Origin: Octopus bimaculoides
Taxonomy: Eukaryota
Direction: 5' to 3'
Length of the DNA stretch: 37,641 nt
Assembly (NCBI RefSeq): GCF_001194135.2
Contig: NC_068982.1
Location: forward strand, 65,567,674-65,605,314
This document shows, in pieces, positions 11,306 through 23,059 of this stretch; position 1 is the first letter of the stretch, and each line of letters begins with the position of its first letter. The notes beneath the pieces were generated by a model, which made no database searches, was not told the DNA's origin, and worked only from the letters and a program-made list of their open reading frames with translations. The translations under genes were made by a program, and so were the position numbers.

Positions 11306-12133
11306 TGAATTCTTCATTATTTTCAAATTTGTGAGCATGACAATGTATTTCAACTGAAATATGGTAACAAAAGGGTTAAAGGTGTTATTAATCATATTTT
11401 AAGCTGTTTGCTTTGATGGAAAACTTTATACATCATCATCGTTTAACATTCATCTTCCATTCTTTAAATGGAGAAATTTAGGATATTTGCAACATACAGG
11501 TAGAAAATCTACCCAAGGCTATTGTGTCTGTTATAAATTGATTAAAATGAGATGTAGATCTATCTCTAAAGTAGGTTTGAAAGCCAGTATCCAAAAGTTC
11601 TTTTATGATGTTTTGGAACCTATTTTCTTTAAATTCGTCAACTGAGAGTCAAAGAGACTAAAATGCAAAAGGTGACCTCAACAGTGTCAGTAGCAAGAAA
11701 AAAAGCTCCCAGTACACAATGTAAAGTGGTTGGCATTAGGAAGGGCATCTAAAGCAGACACTGGAGCATAATGTAGTCTTTTGACTCATTGGATCTTTGT
11801 CAAACCATCCAACCCATGCCAGCATAGTAAATGGACATTAAATGATGATGATAATGAAACACTACTCTATTGAATCTTTAGTAAGACATCAGAGTACTGA
11901 ACATATCAAGCTAATTTATAGTTATAGCATTCTGTTTTTCATGTCAAAACAACAAAACGTAACAGTTAAATTAGTGAAGGAAACTGAAATTCACAGAAAG
12001 GCAAAGTTAATCTGATGAAAGAGAAGACAGACTACTTCATAATTTTCATATTTATTTCTCTAAAATGTATAACAAAGATATATTATAAATCAAAACATGC
12101 ATATATATATATAAATATATGCATGTATATATA

Positions 12134-12175
<42 letters not shown>

Positions 12176-12510
12176 NNNNNNNNNNNNNNNNNNNNNNNNN
12201 NNNNNNNNNNNNNNNNNNNNNNNNNNNNNNNNNNNNNNNNNNNNNNNNNNNNNNNNNNNNNNNNNNNNNNNNNNNNNNNNNNNNNNNNNNNNNNNNNNNN
12301 NNNNNNNNNNNNNNNNNNNNNNNNNNNNNNNNNNNNNNNNNNNNNNNNNNNNNNNNNNNNNNNNNNNNNNNNNNNNNNNNNNNNNNNNNNNNNNNNNNNN
12401 NNNNNNNNNNNNNNNNNNNNNNNNNNNNNNNNNNNNNNNNNNNNNNNNNNNNNNNNNNNNNNNNNNNNNNNNNNNNNNNNNNNNNNNNNNNNNNNNNNNN
12501 NNNNNNNNNN
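12176..12510. other. Assembly gap (N run); other gaps at 3948-4001, 14369-14378 and 29035-29449
   Basis: N characters in the sequence. Confidence 0.99.
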
Positions 12511-12511
12511 C

Positions 12512-12585
<74 letters not shown>

Positions 12586-12875
12586 TTTTATATAGATTGT
12601 AAATAGCAATTTTAATCTCAAACAACATTGACAATTAAGAGATAATCACAAAAATGAGACAAAGAATTTTTTCTGTAGCTTCAGATTTATTTGGAGTGAA
12701 AGTGGAAGAGGAGGGATTCATTCTGAATGGTGTTAGTAAATAACACAAAATAACATTGGAATTGATAACAAAACGGTGAATAAGCAGTTACTTCAAACAA
12801 TTTGATAGACTGGTGTCTTAACAGATGGAAAAAGCTAAAGTAAACTTCAGTACACTTTCCTACAGTGATCATGGA

Positions 12876-12925
<50 letters not shown>

Positions 12926-12936
12926 TGATGATGATG
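12876..12936. repeat. (AAT)n/(GAT)n microsatellite
   Basis: Read directly from the sequence. Confidence 0.97.
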
Positions 12937-13495
12937 GTTTCAAATTTTGCCACAAGGGCAGCAATTTGGGGGGAAGGGATGAGTTGATTACATCAACCCC
13001 AGTGTTTAACTGTGCTTATTTTATCAACTTTGAAAGGATGAAAGGCAATTAATAATAATAATAATCCTTTCTGCTATAACTGGTACTTGTTTTATCGACC
13101 CTAAAAGAATGAAAGGCAAAGTTGACCCTGGTGAAATTTGAACTCAGAACATAAAGATGAATGAAATGCCACTAAGCATTTTGCCCAGGGTGTTAATATT
13201 TCTGCCTTGATAATAAATGGTAGATTTCAAGTTGATTACATTGACCCCAGTGCTCAACTGGTACTTATTTCATCAACTGACCTCAGCAGAATTTGAACTC
13301 AGAATGTAAGGATGGACAAAATAATAATGATAATTGTTTCAAATTTTGGCATAAGACCAGCAAGTTCAGAAAAGGGAGTGCATCGATTACATCAACTCCA
13401 GTATTCAACTGGTATTTATTTTATCAACTCCGAGAGGAGAAAAAGTAAAGTTGACCTCAGCGGAATTTGAACTCAGAACGTAAAGATGGACAAAA
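12935..13495 (-). mobile_element. Cluster of about three tandem or nested SINE family C copies
   Basis: Repeated tttcaaattttg..acaag..cagcaa / gattacat..accccagt / ggaatttgaactcagaa modules, separated by (AAT)n. Confidence 0.85.
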
Positions 13496-13659
13496 TAACA
13501 ATAATAATAATGATGAGGATGATTATTTAGTAAATAATATGTAATAGCTGCAACAAATTTTCCTGAATTATGATGATACTGTTTGATAGCTGCCTTATGA
13601 TTTTGGAATCATCTGGATATACTAAAAATAAAGTACATCTTGATACACACTGTTGTCTA

Positions 13660-13700
<41 letters not shown>

Positions 13701-14270
13701 CAACAGTGTCTCACCTGAAGTTGTCATGATTATAATTTTCATTAAAAAAATCAAGTCCTTCAACTTATGTTCCTTAGAAAAATAAGAATCTGAATACTTC
13801 TTTAAAATTAGATGTAAAATTTGTTTTTATAAAAATCATTTTAAAAAGAAATGGATTTTCACAAAGTCAGTCATGATTATAATGCTGATACAATATGCAA
13901 TGATATTTCTCATAAAATAGTTCTTATGGTGAACATGAACCGAATATATTAAATTTAGAAAAGCCTATGTTTTGTTTTACAGTTTTCTTTTACCTAGCAT
14001 ATTTCCCTCCTCGGATCAAAATTACTACGAGAATAATTTGTATGGGTGTTAATCATTGAATAAATTCTTTTTATGAAAAAAAGAAAAAAATCAATAAAAT
14101 TGTCACTGAATTTTAGCTTCTTAACAACATTAAAAAAATAATAACAGCAATTGTACATCAAACGGGTTTATAGGGATGTTTTGTAGAAACACAATCTCAC
14201 ATTTCCATAGCTGCCTTATGATTTGGAGTAAATTGGATATGTTAGAAAATACATTCTCATTAAGACTACA

Positions 14271-14313
<43 letters not shown>

Positions 14314-16828
14314 AGAACATAGAGTTTTTCACAAATCTTATAGCTCAAGACAATCTTAAAAATATTTGNNNNNNNNNNAAAATTACTAAAATCAGGAATC
14401 AGTATTCAAGGAAGTTTGCTAAAATATTACAATGATTTAATTCTACCTTTTTTTTTTTTTTTCTTTTGAACAAACTTTGAACATACAATGTGAATATGAA
14501 TAAACTGGAATTTATTTTAATTAAATCTATTCAGGCATATTTTTATGTATTCAACAAGCACTAAACTTCTATATGAACAGTATTTCCAAATATTAGTCAA
14601 TATCTGTCAATTACAATATTTTTCTCATGTTTTAATTTACACTTATATTCATTTCAAACCAAATAACAATTATGATAGTACAGGTGGATGGTATAAATAA
14701 TATATAAGAGAAAACAACTTTGATAAATAATGATGCTGTACAACCAATAACAGAGATGCTGTATTTAATGAACCAAACAGAAGAATTTTAAAAAAATAAA
14801 CAAATTGACAGGTCCACTAGGCTATGGTGTTAGAAAATGCCCTGTGAGTTAGCAATAATTGAAGTATATTGACAGTTACTAGATAGTGACTTTTCCTGAA
14901 TAAAGCATTGAAAATAGACTTCTTGGGTCAATTTTCTAGAGGTTAATTCAAGTGACTCCTCTGTAAAAAATTGACCTTATGCTTTGTTATAACAATACAG
15001 TAATGGAATTTTGATAATTTCTATGACATGATTTCTTAGTCTGTAAGACAAGACACTCATAAAGACTGTCTCACAGATATTAACAAAAGATCCAGAAACC
15101 ATTAGCTTAGCAATTTCTTTTTGTGTAGTTATTTTATATGCTTCCAAACTAAATTTGGTGGTTTGGCAAGTTATTTATGGCAACAGAACAACTCTCTACT
15201 CTCTTCCATTGACAATTGTTGAAGTTAGAGCCAATACATAAAATTACAATAAATTCAGTGTTTAATATAACCATCCTGTTAATTGGAAGTGGTAAGCTTT
15301 TGCTAAAAAAGTGCTTTAGTAAATATTTGTAAAAGTTTTTTTGTTTGTTTCATATTACAATTATTTCAGAAATGGCACAGGATTTTAATAACACAGCTAC
15401 ACAAGTTGTTGATGGTTATTTTACTCTCATTAGTACTAAGCTCTGTATTGGAAAACACTTAACTCACAATGCCCCATTCTCCTGGAATACACAAGTGGTT
15501 GGTGATTAGTATATCTTCATTAATGCTAAGCTGCACATCCTGGCAAACACTTAACTCTTGATATCCCAATGCCTCTTTTTATAAAATAAGCATTATTGGA
15601 AAGAACAGCCCACTGCTGAAGAGTGTGACATTAGCAGAATTCAAGTCCTCTCATAACATACAGGCAAATAAATAAATATCTCCTGAAGAAATCACTCAAC
15701 CATGAGTGACAACAGTGCAAATCTGAAGATGTCACTCAGTGAATCTTTACTGCTGTACTAACTAGTGCCAGAGGTATCAAAGAGTTTAGGAGTAAAAAAA
15801 TATTGCTTTTTTCCATCCATAGAATTACCTCATATTTCATTAAAAAAAAATATAGCTGCATTGTGTATCTCTCTTAGAGAAAACAACTGAGAGAAACACA
15901 AACAAAAACTATGCTGTTTTTTCTTAAAAGAAATAAGAAATTTCTAAGGATTACCAATCTTGTTAATTTTGAAGACTAATCAGCAGCAACAAGAGGATTG
16001 ATCTTCTGTTGCTAATATTGATTGCATGATTGCCTGCAAATTTAACATTTTTTTATGATACTAGAAAACAACTGGTTTCTAGCAGATCTCTAAGAAATGA
16101 TCTCTCGAGAAAGTATCGTTTTCTCTTCTTGATTTAACAATTCATTCATTCAGTAGCCTTATATGATTATGTATAAACATTAACTGTGATATTAAGTTTC
16201 AATCTCAAGGCTCATTCAAACTATCTGTTTGAATAAGCTTCAAAAGCTGCAACTTGAAGTCACAGCCAACCCTTACATAATACATCAAGTCCTTTCATTA
16301 GTAAATGTTTGCTGTTATGTGTGCAATTTTACATTGTTTTCACATAGTTGGGATGGTTTTTAATGAAGCAAATGTTTTCTAACAGCAGGATACTCTTTCC
16401 ACCACTAACAACTTATATGTAATGTAAAGTGGAATTTGTTTTCACCAGTGAAGCAAACAAGAAGAATCAGAATTATGTCCCCTACATGAAAGTACAACAC
16501 AATGGCTTATTGAGTTTAATTCTTAGTATTGCTTGCATTCATGTTCTGCTCAGAAAACATTGTTAGCTCTACACAAAAGCTTGGATTTTTACATTGTTAC
16601 AAGGACATCATTGGCCACTAAATGCTTATAAAGCAATTACTCAGAACACCATAAATGACACCTGAGTAAAAAAAAAAAAAATTCAGCTGTGAGTGACAAC
16701 TGTAAATCTGAAGTTGTCACTAAGTGAATCTTTACAACTAAACAGTGTGAACCTCAAAACATCTTTCAATGAGGAAATAACTTTCAATAGCAATCCTCTC
16801 ATTTCATTCTTTGTTTCTGCCACTCTCA

Positions 16829-17035
16829 TTAACCCTTTAGAATTTCAACTAGCTATATCTGGCCCAAAATGTTCAAACTGGCCAAACCCAGCCTATCACA
16901 CCTACTCTGTAATGTCATTTTAGAAATAAACAATCACATCATCAAAGTCTCAAAGCTACGAAATAATGATTTATTTGAAACAATGTGAATAAATATCTCA
17001 TTTGACAGAGTAAAATGGATACTGAAGGCTGAATC
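16829..17035. mobile_element. piggyBac-like MITE, same family, decayed right end
   Basis: Left end TTAACCCTTTAGAATT. Body collinear with the 20.8 kb copy (aatgtcatt, aacaatcacatcat, aaacaatgtgaataaat). Confidence 0.75.
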
Positions 17036-17131
17036 TAGTTAATTCTTAGCTAGAGACAAGACCATTTTGTTAAGGAAGTGTCATAGGTGGTTAAATGTCT
17101 AAGTGTTCGAAATGAGTTATTACTATGATTA

Positions 17132-17590
17132 TATCATAATGAAATTATTGTACATAGCGCTCAGGTGCACTACAACTCATCAAAGGTGCATGTATAGTAC
17201 ACAGAATTATGTACAAAAGTCAGGAAAGTGAACAGTGTATGAATCATGATATACATGTGTGCATGCATATGGAGTGGGGGATATCAGGTGTAGTATCGGC
17301 GAATTTCAGGAAGCATGGAAGTTTAAAGGATGCAATGTCTTGGTAACTAACCACTGATGCAGGTAGTTTGTTCCATGCTTCAGCAACTATGAGTGTGAAA
17401 AAATGTTTCAGAAAGTCATGGGAGCTGTGCTGTTTTCTGACTTTGTAGGTAGGCCCATGTGTGTTAGACACATGGAGCTCAAAAAAGTGCTCAAGTTGGT
17501 TCTTGGCACAGTGATTAATAATTTTGTGGGCGTTTAACAAGTCAGTTGCCAGATGTCGGAGCTTCAGGGAAGCAAGGCATTCAGATGAAG
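17132..17590 (-). mobile_element. 3' fragment of a CR1-type LINE
   Basis: Minus-strand translation KHFFTLIVAEAWNKLPASVVS...SFK is typical of CR1/L2-group ORF2 ends, followed by a 3' UTR ending acaataatttcattatgat. Confidence 0.8.
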
Positions 17591-18424
17591 TTCATGAATT
17601 TTCTCATCTTTAAAGAAGAAACGTTTGTAATAGTTACATCTATACTACAATTCAACCAGTTTGATCTCTAATCATCATCAGGTTTCTTATTCCTACATAT
17701 ACAAACAGCACTTGACTAGATGTGCATTGAAAACACTTATTCTAAACTTAACAGTGATATAACACTCTTATTCATTAGGTTTCACATGCATTCTTCATAT
17801 TCTGATGAAGCAAGGAATTCTAACTTTAGCACAAAGCAATACATTTTGGGGAGGATACTTCATTTTATTGATCCCTATTCTACAGGGTGTCCACAAATTC
17901 TGGGTACATGGGGATTAACACATACTTTAAGAAATTATTATTTCTTATATTTAATTGTTTATGTTATGATTTTATTTACTCCATAATTGATTGTTCCCCA
18001 ATGGCACCAAAATGCGTGACCTTGTGCCTGTGTTAGAAATCAGTACCTAGCCTGAGAAGATGCTATCTACTTGTGACCTCTGTAGACTGGTCGAGTTCAG
18101 TTTCACCTTCTTGACATTGATATCTGTAAGGAAACTAAGATTAGGGAGGAAGTTACAGAGGGTTGAAGTTTTAGGCATCAAAGATTCATATAAAAACACT
18201 ATATGTATAATATTAATTACATAATATAATTATTATTTAATTACTGATTTAATATTAATCTAAACTATGCCATACTAATGCATGACACAAATACCTAAAC
18301 AATCAATATACATATTAACTATACCATTTACTTTCTATTATATTTTTTCTTCCTATAAATTTATATATATACAAGGTATTGATTAAATTATTCAATGGCA
18401 GTTACAGCTGGAATTTTCAATAAT

Positions 18425-18539
18425 TTAAAGGCCTTTGTTGAAGTACACTCTCTCAGGAATGTTGTTGGCACCATATTTCTCTTTCAGTTCTTCAAGATTT
18501 TTCTTGTCAAGTAGAGACAACTTAGAAGTGTGTATAGAA
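18425..18539 (-). CDS. SFXN2: Sideroflexin-2 terminal coding exon (115 nt including TAA): SIHTSKLSLLDKKNLEELKEKYGANNIPERVYFNKGL*
   Basis: Acceptor caatttcatttttatag. Ends in the C-terminal VYFNKGL* typical of sideroflexins; stop TAA at 18427-18425. Confidence 0.97.
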
Positions 18540-19454
18540 CTATAAAAATGAAATTGTTTTTATGTAAGATTATTATAAAAGCGAAACAAACAATTAAAAC
18601 AATAAAAACTGCTATAAAAACAATCAAACATTATAAAATAGTTATAAAATCATTATGAAATTATCAAATGCCATTCACAAAACTATCAAATAATTAAAAA
18701 TTTAAATTTTATTTATCATTAGAAATACATTTATGTATTTATTTTGCAAGATTCTTGATGTGAAAATATGTGATGTAACTTAAGGATAGTCATCTTTTGC
18801 GGAAGATGACCATCCCTAAGTATAACAATATTAGAAATACAATTTCCAGAAAACTATCAGTAACACACAATCACATAAACAAGATTCTAATATAATCTTC
18901 CTCTCTCACACATATACACAAATACCCACACACCCATTTACTGAATCACCTCTATCTCCATCTCTATCTATCAGACACTCTCCTTTCACACTTTTACAAT
19001 CTTACCTACCCATCCAGCCTGTCCAGTCCTCTGGGTCATTTCTCTAATGTTCACTTTCCTGTAACTTAAGGGTACACCATGTCACATTTGCACCTTCTCT
19101 CCTTTTCTATGTAGGGTAACCATGTATCTCAACTGCAAGACATGTTTCTATCCTTCTTTCATTCTCTAGCTTTTCATCACTTGGCATAAAGCCACCTCCC
19201 TCAAAACTACACCCACTCAGATAAGGGATCTTGTCTTGTGAATTACTCAGTGACCTCACTTACACCAGCCCCACACAAAATAGCACCCAGTACACTCTGC
19301 AAAGTGCTTGATGTTAGGAAGGGCGACCGGCCAAAGAAACCATACCAAAGCTGACATTGGAGTTTGGTGCAGTCCTCTAGCTCAACAGCCCCTGTCAAAC
19401 CATCCAACACATGCCAGCATAGAAGATGGACATTAAACAACAATGATGATATAT

Positions 19455-19610
19455 GGTTGGCGTTAGGAAGGGCATCCAGCTGTAGAAACTCTGCCAAATC
19501 AGATTGGAGCCTGGTGTAGCCATCTGGTTTCACAAGTCCTCAGTCAAATCGTCCAACCCATGCTAGCATGGAAAGCTGACGTTAAACGACGATGATGATG
19601 ATGATGATGA

Positions 19611-19613
<3 letters not shown>
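19455..19613 (+). mobile_element. Young RTE 3' end, directly after an older, longer RTE-tail element (about 19100-19450)
   Basis: Same consensus as 1578-1900. The older element shares its body with 25190-25545. Confidence 0.9.
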
Positions 19614-19655
<42 letters not shown>

Positions 19656-20149
19656 ATTGTTGTTTAATGTCCATAAATATATTCAAGTAAAGTCATATTT
19701 AGCACCTCAAGTGTATTTGGACATGGTAAGACCTTTCAATGTGGGGATTATTCCATGAAAATATTCTCCCCTAAACCATGTGGGAAAACATGTTTTGGGC
19801 TGTGGATGATGTCATTGGATTGTAGAATGCATGAGTTTCTGTGTTGTCCTGCTTCATCAGTTATCGAAACTATATCTGTCAACCACAGCCTGAATAAGGA
19901 AGAATTTATTCCAAATAAAGTAGCAATATTCTATTGCTGATTTCAGTAGTTGGACTGTAACCATATTGGAGCAAACCATCAGAGGTTATAGTTAATTATA
20001 TTGATCCTGGTACTCATTTTAACGATCACTATTTATTGTATGACTACATTTTGTCTTGAGTTACATCCTTTCTTACAGTTACCTACACTTAAGAAAAAAA
20101 AAATATACACTTATATGTTTACATATATATGTATATGCAAATACTTGCA

Positions 20150-20190
<41 letters not shown>

Positions 20191-20319
20191 AATACATGCA
20201 CACTATACACACATACAAATATATATGTGTGTGTGTGTGTGTATATATATACATATACACATATATATACATACACACATGTACATGTACGTGTGCATGC
20301 ACACACAGATTATAGGTGT

Positions 20320-20425
20320 CAAATCAGTATTCTAACAGCTTCGATAGAGTACATTGTATTCAGAGTTCAAATCTTGTCCAAGTCAACTCTGCCCTTCACC
20401 TTTTCAGGGTTGATAAATAAAATAT
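20320..20425 (+). mobile_element. SINE family C fragment, plus orientation
   Basis: cagagttcaaatc...gtcaactctgcccttcaccttttcagggttgataaa. Confidence 0.6.
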
Positions 20426-20826
20426 CACTCCAGTAATGTATTCGATTTTTTTGTTTTTCCTTGTCTCTATCTTCACTCAATCTTTCTTCCTCTTTCTCCC
20501 TAGAAGAAATCAGCTATGATCGGGCCTGGAGAAGGATGGACTCTATCTGATTTAAATGTCCAAGACATTCCATATGTCACAATAGCATCCCAGTAACTGC
20601 ATCAGGAACTTGAGAGCACAATGACAAATTGGATAATACACTGTCTGGTAAAAAGACTGGCTGGTCAAGGTTGGAATGCCCTTGATAATAGGTCAACTTA
20701 ATCAGAGTAGACCTATGGCTAATCTATAACAGCAGTGCCGTCCACAAGCTGATAAAGAGCCTCTAAGCATTGGTTCGATCAGATAGTAATAGCAGCCAAA
20801 TCTACTATAAATCAAGCCCTACTTTT

Positions 20827-21054
20827 GTAATCCTTTAGCATTTAATCTGGCCATATCAGGTCCAAGTATTCTACTTATTTTATGCTGATCACAGTCGAAT
20901 CTGGCCTCTCACACTTACCCTACAATGTCATTCTGAAAATATACAATCACATCATTGAAATTTCAAAACTACAAGATAATACGTGATTAACTGAAAACAA
21001 TGTGAATAAATAAGCATTACATTTGATAGAGTAATCTGAATGTTAAAGGGTTAA
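20827..21054. mobile_element. piggyBac-like MITE, same family as 27323-27528, opposite orientation
   Basis: taatcctttagcatt...gaatgttaaagggttaa. The body is the reverse complement of the 27.3 kb copy (acaatgtcattc, caatcacatcattga). Confidence 0.82.
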
Positions 21055-21190
21055 GAAAGAACACATTGGATAATGTAGCCCTAGATGGGATGGTCACGAC
21101 TGGAATATCTTTGATTATAGATTTGTTCAATCAGGCCTGACCTGGACTAAATAACAACAACACTATAACTTGTACCTTGTTATTTTTAAT

Positions 21191-21578
21191 TGTATTTGTT
21201 AGCACTCCGTCGCTTATGATGTCAAGGGTTCCAGTCGATCCGATCAATGGAACAGCCTGCTCGTGAAATTAACGTGCAAGTGGCTGAGCACTCCACAGAC
21301 ACGTGTACCCTTAACGTAGTTCTCGGGGATATTCAGCATGACACAGTGTGACAAGGCTGACCCTTTGAATTACAGGTACAAGAGAAACAAGAAGAAAGAG
21401 TGAGAGAAAGTTGTGGTGAAGGAGTACAGCAGGGTTCGCCACCATCCCCTGCCGGAGCCTCGTAGAGCTTTAGGTGTTTTCGCTCAATAAACACTCACAA
21501 CACCCGGTCTGGGAATCGAAACCGCAATCCTATGACCGCGAGTCCGCTGCCCTAACCACTGGGCCATTGCACCTCCAC
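21191..21578 (-). mobile_element. tRNA-derived SINE, family A, copy 3, 43 nt downstream of an SFXN2 donor
   Basis: Same consensus as copies 1 and 2; perfect TSD tatttttaat at 21181-90 and 21579-88. Confidence 0.93.
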
Positions 21579-21621
21579 TATTTTTAATAGTTAACCAATT
21601 ACAAAAATATAAATGTCTTAC

Positions 21622-21669
21622 CATCTCTGGGGAAAGAGTGCACAGGCTGTTGGTGTCATCACCAGTAAT
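21622..21669 (-). CDS. SFXN2: Sideroflexin-2 exon (48 nt, phase 2 to 2): LLVMTPTACALFPQR
   Basis: Acceptor aatgtttccattgtag, donor ATG|gtaaga. Contains the conserved P.AC.LFPQ motif. Confidence 0.96.
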
Positions 21670-21754
21670 CTACAATGGAAACATTTTCAAACAATAATGA
21701 TTTATTACAATAAGCATATATTCTTAAAAAACATTTTTTTCTAAGTGAAGGAAG

Positions 21755-22170
21755 GGTGTAGGCATGGCTGTGTGGTAAGAAGCTTGCTTACCAACATGGT
21801 CCAGGGTTCAGTCCCATAGCGTGGCACTTTGGGAAAGTGTCTTCCACTATAGCCTCGGGCTGACCAAAGCCTTGTAAGTAGATTTGGTAGACGGAAACTG
21901 AAAGAAGCCCGTCGTATACATCTATATATATTGTATATATTTATGTGTATGTGTCTTTGTTTTTCCGCCTACCATCAGTTGACAACCAATGTTGGTGTGT
22001 TTATGTCCCTGTAGCTTAGTAGTCCAGCTAAAGAGACCGATAGAATAAGTACCAGGCTTACAAAGAATAAGTCCTGGGGTTGAATTCTCTGACTAAAACC
22101 CTTTAAGGCAGTGCCCCAGCATGGCTGCGGTCAAATGACAGAAACATGTAAAAGAATAAAAGAATAAAAA
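21755..22170 (+). mobile_element. tRNA-derived SINE, family B, full length
   Basis: ggtgtaggcatggctgtgtggtaag...gggttcagtccc...agcatggctgcggtcaaatgacagaaacatgtaaaagaataaaaga. Confidence 0.92.
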
Positions 22171-22214
22171 GGGATGAGATACTGAGATGTTCAAAATTTT
22201 CCCAAGGGTACATA

Positions 22215-22290
22215 CATGTGTGTGTGTGTGTATGTGCGTGTGTGTGTATGTGTGTGTGTGTGTCTGTGTGTGTGTGTATGTGTGTGTGTG
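22215..22290. repeat. (TG)n microsatellite; others lie at about 4520-4700 (CT), 12100-12580, 13660-13697, 19590-19633, 20150-20305, 22690-22742 and 24340-24370
   Basis: Read directly from the sequence. Confidence 0.95.
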
Positions 22291-22959
22291 TGTATGTGTG
22301 TGTGTGTGCATATGATAAGCGCCATGCACAAAACTCTGGGCCTTTGAGTCACTTTATAACTTCCATTAATAAAATATATATATATATACACCCATATTTT
22401 GAATTCTATTTACCCTGTTTGTACTATCAAACCTCTGGGTGCGTGTGTGTGTGAGTCTGCATGTGTATGTGTGTATGAGTGTGAGTGAGTGTATGTACAT
22501 GCATGCTTACATACATCACATCTCACAAATACAATCTATATGTGGAACATTAAAACTATGCAAGACTTTTCTCAGGTTTAAAATGTGACATTGTTTTTGT
22601 TATTTACATTCCAAGATGGAGTTTTGTATCTTTGTTAGAAACCAGCTCCTTCTTCAGAGGAAGAATTTAAATGGTTAAATACACAACACAACCACACACA
22701 CACACACGCACACACACACACACACACGCACACACACACATACACCTGGTCCCTTCAAACAATAAAAGAAGATATATTCTTTGTTGTAAACTGGTAAACT
22801 TGGGATTGGAAATTACAATATTCTTCATTTCTTCTTTTTAGTAAAATGAATTTTTTTATAAAGAATTTTGAGAGATTCTGGAAGGAAAACTAACTAAATT
22901 TTCTATACAGCAAAAAAATTTTTAAAAAGTAATGAAGAATTTACAAAAGAATTCCTTAC

Positions 22960-23059
22960 AAGGCTCCAGAAGCCAAGACTTGGAGTGGAGCATTGAGTAT
23001 TTTGAAACGCTGCATCCAACGGTATTTTTCCAGATGTTGGAATATTACTGGTAGGAGAA
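22960..23059 (-). CDS. SFXN2: Sideroflexin-2 exon (100 nt, phase 1 to 2): LLPVIFQHLEKYRWMQRFKILNAPLQVLASGA
   Basis: Acceptor tttctctttttactttattccag, donor CTT|gtaagg. Closely resembles vertebrate SFXN2 LLPVIMERLEK....KVLHAPLQV as I recall it. Confidence 0.96.

Larger units (their letters stand above)
9849..11379. mobile_element. piggyBac-like MITE split by nested insertions (left part about 9849-10010, right part about 11306-11379)
   Basis: Left end TTAA(A)CCCTCTTGATACCAT and right end ATGGTAACAAAAGGGTTAA form an imperfect TIR with TTAA ends. Confidence 0.7.

Noticed and set aside
14448-14516. T-run plus minus-strand AATAAA as a retrocopy tail or the SFXN2 poly(A) site
   Set aside because: The signal-to-tract spacing is about 50 nt, there is no TSD or coding remnant, and such motifs are common at this AT content.
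15703-15750. IRE-like CAGTGC and SECIS-like ATGA...AAA...GA in the hairpin near an iron-linked gene
   Set aside because: CAGTGC is not closed by a 5-bp upper stem and is on the strand opposite SFXN2. The TGA pairs Watson-Crick with TCA rather than forming a GA quartet.
17881-17960. TACAGGGTGTCC, a Tc1/mariner-like terminal motif
   Set aside because: No matching second TIR was found, and it is too short to call.
20502-20600. Strong plus-strand polypyrimidine acceptor followed by KKSAMIGPGEGW...
   Set aside because: All frames stop before a credible donor, and it lies antisense within an SFXN2 intron.
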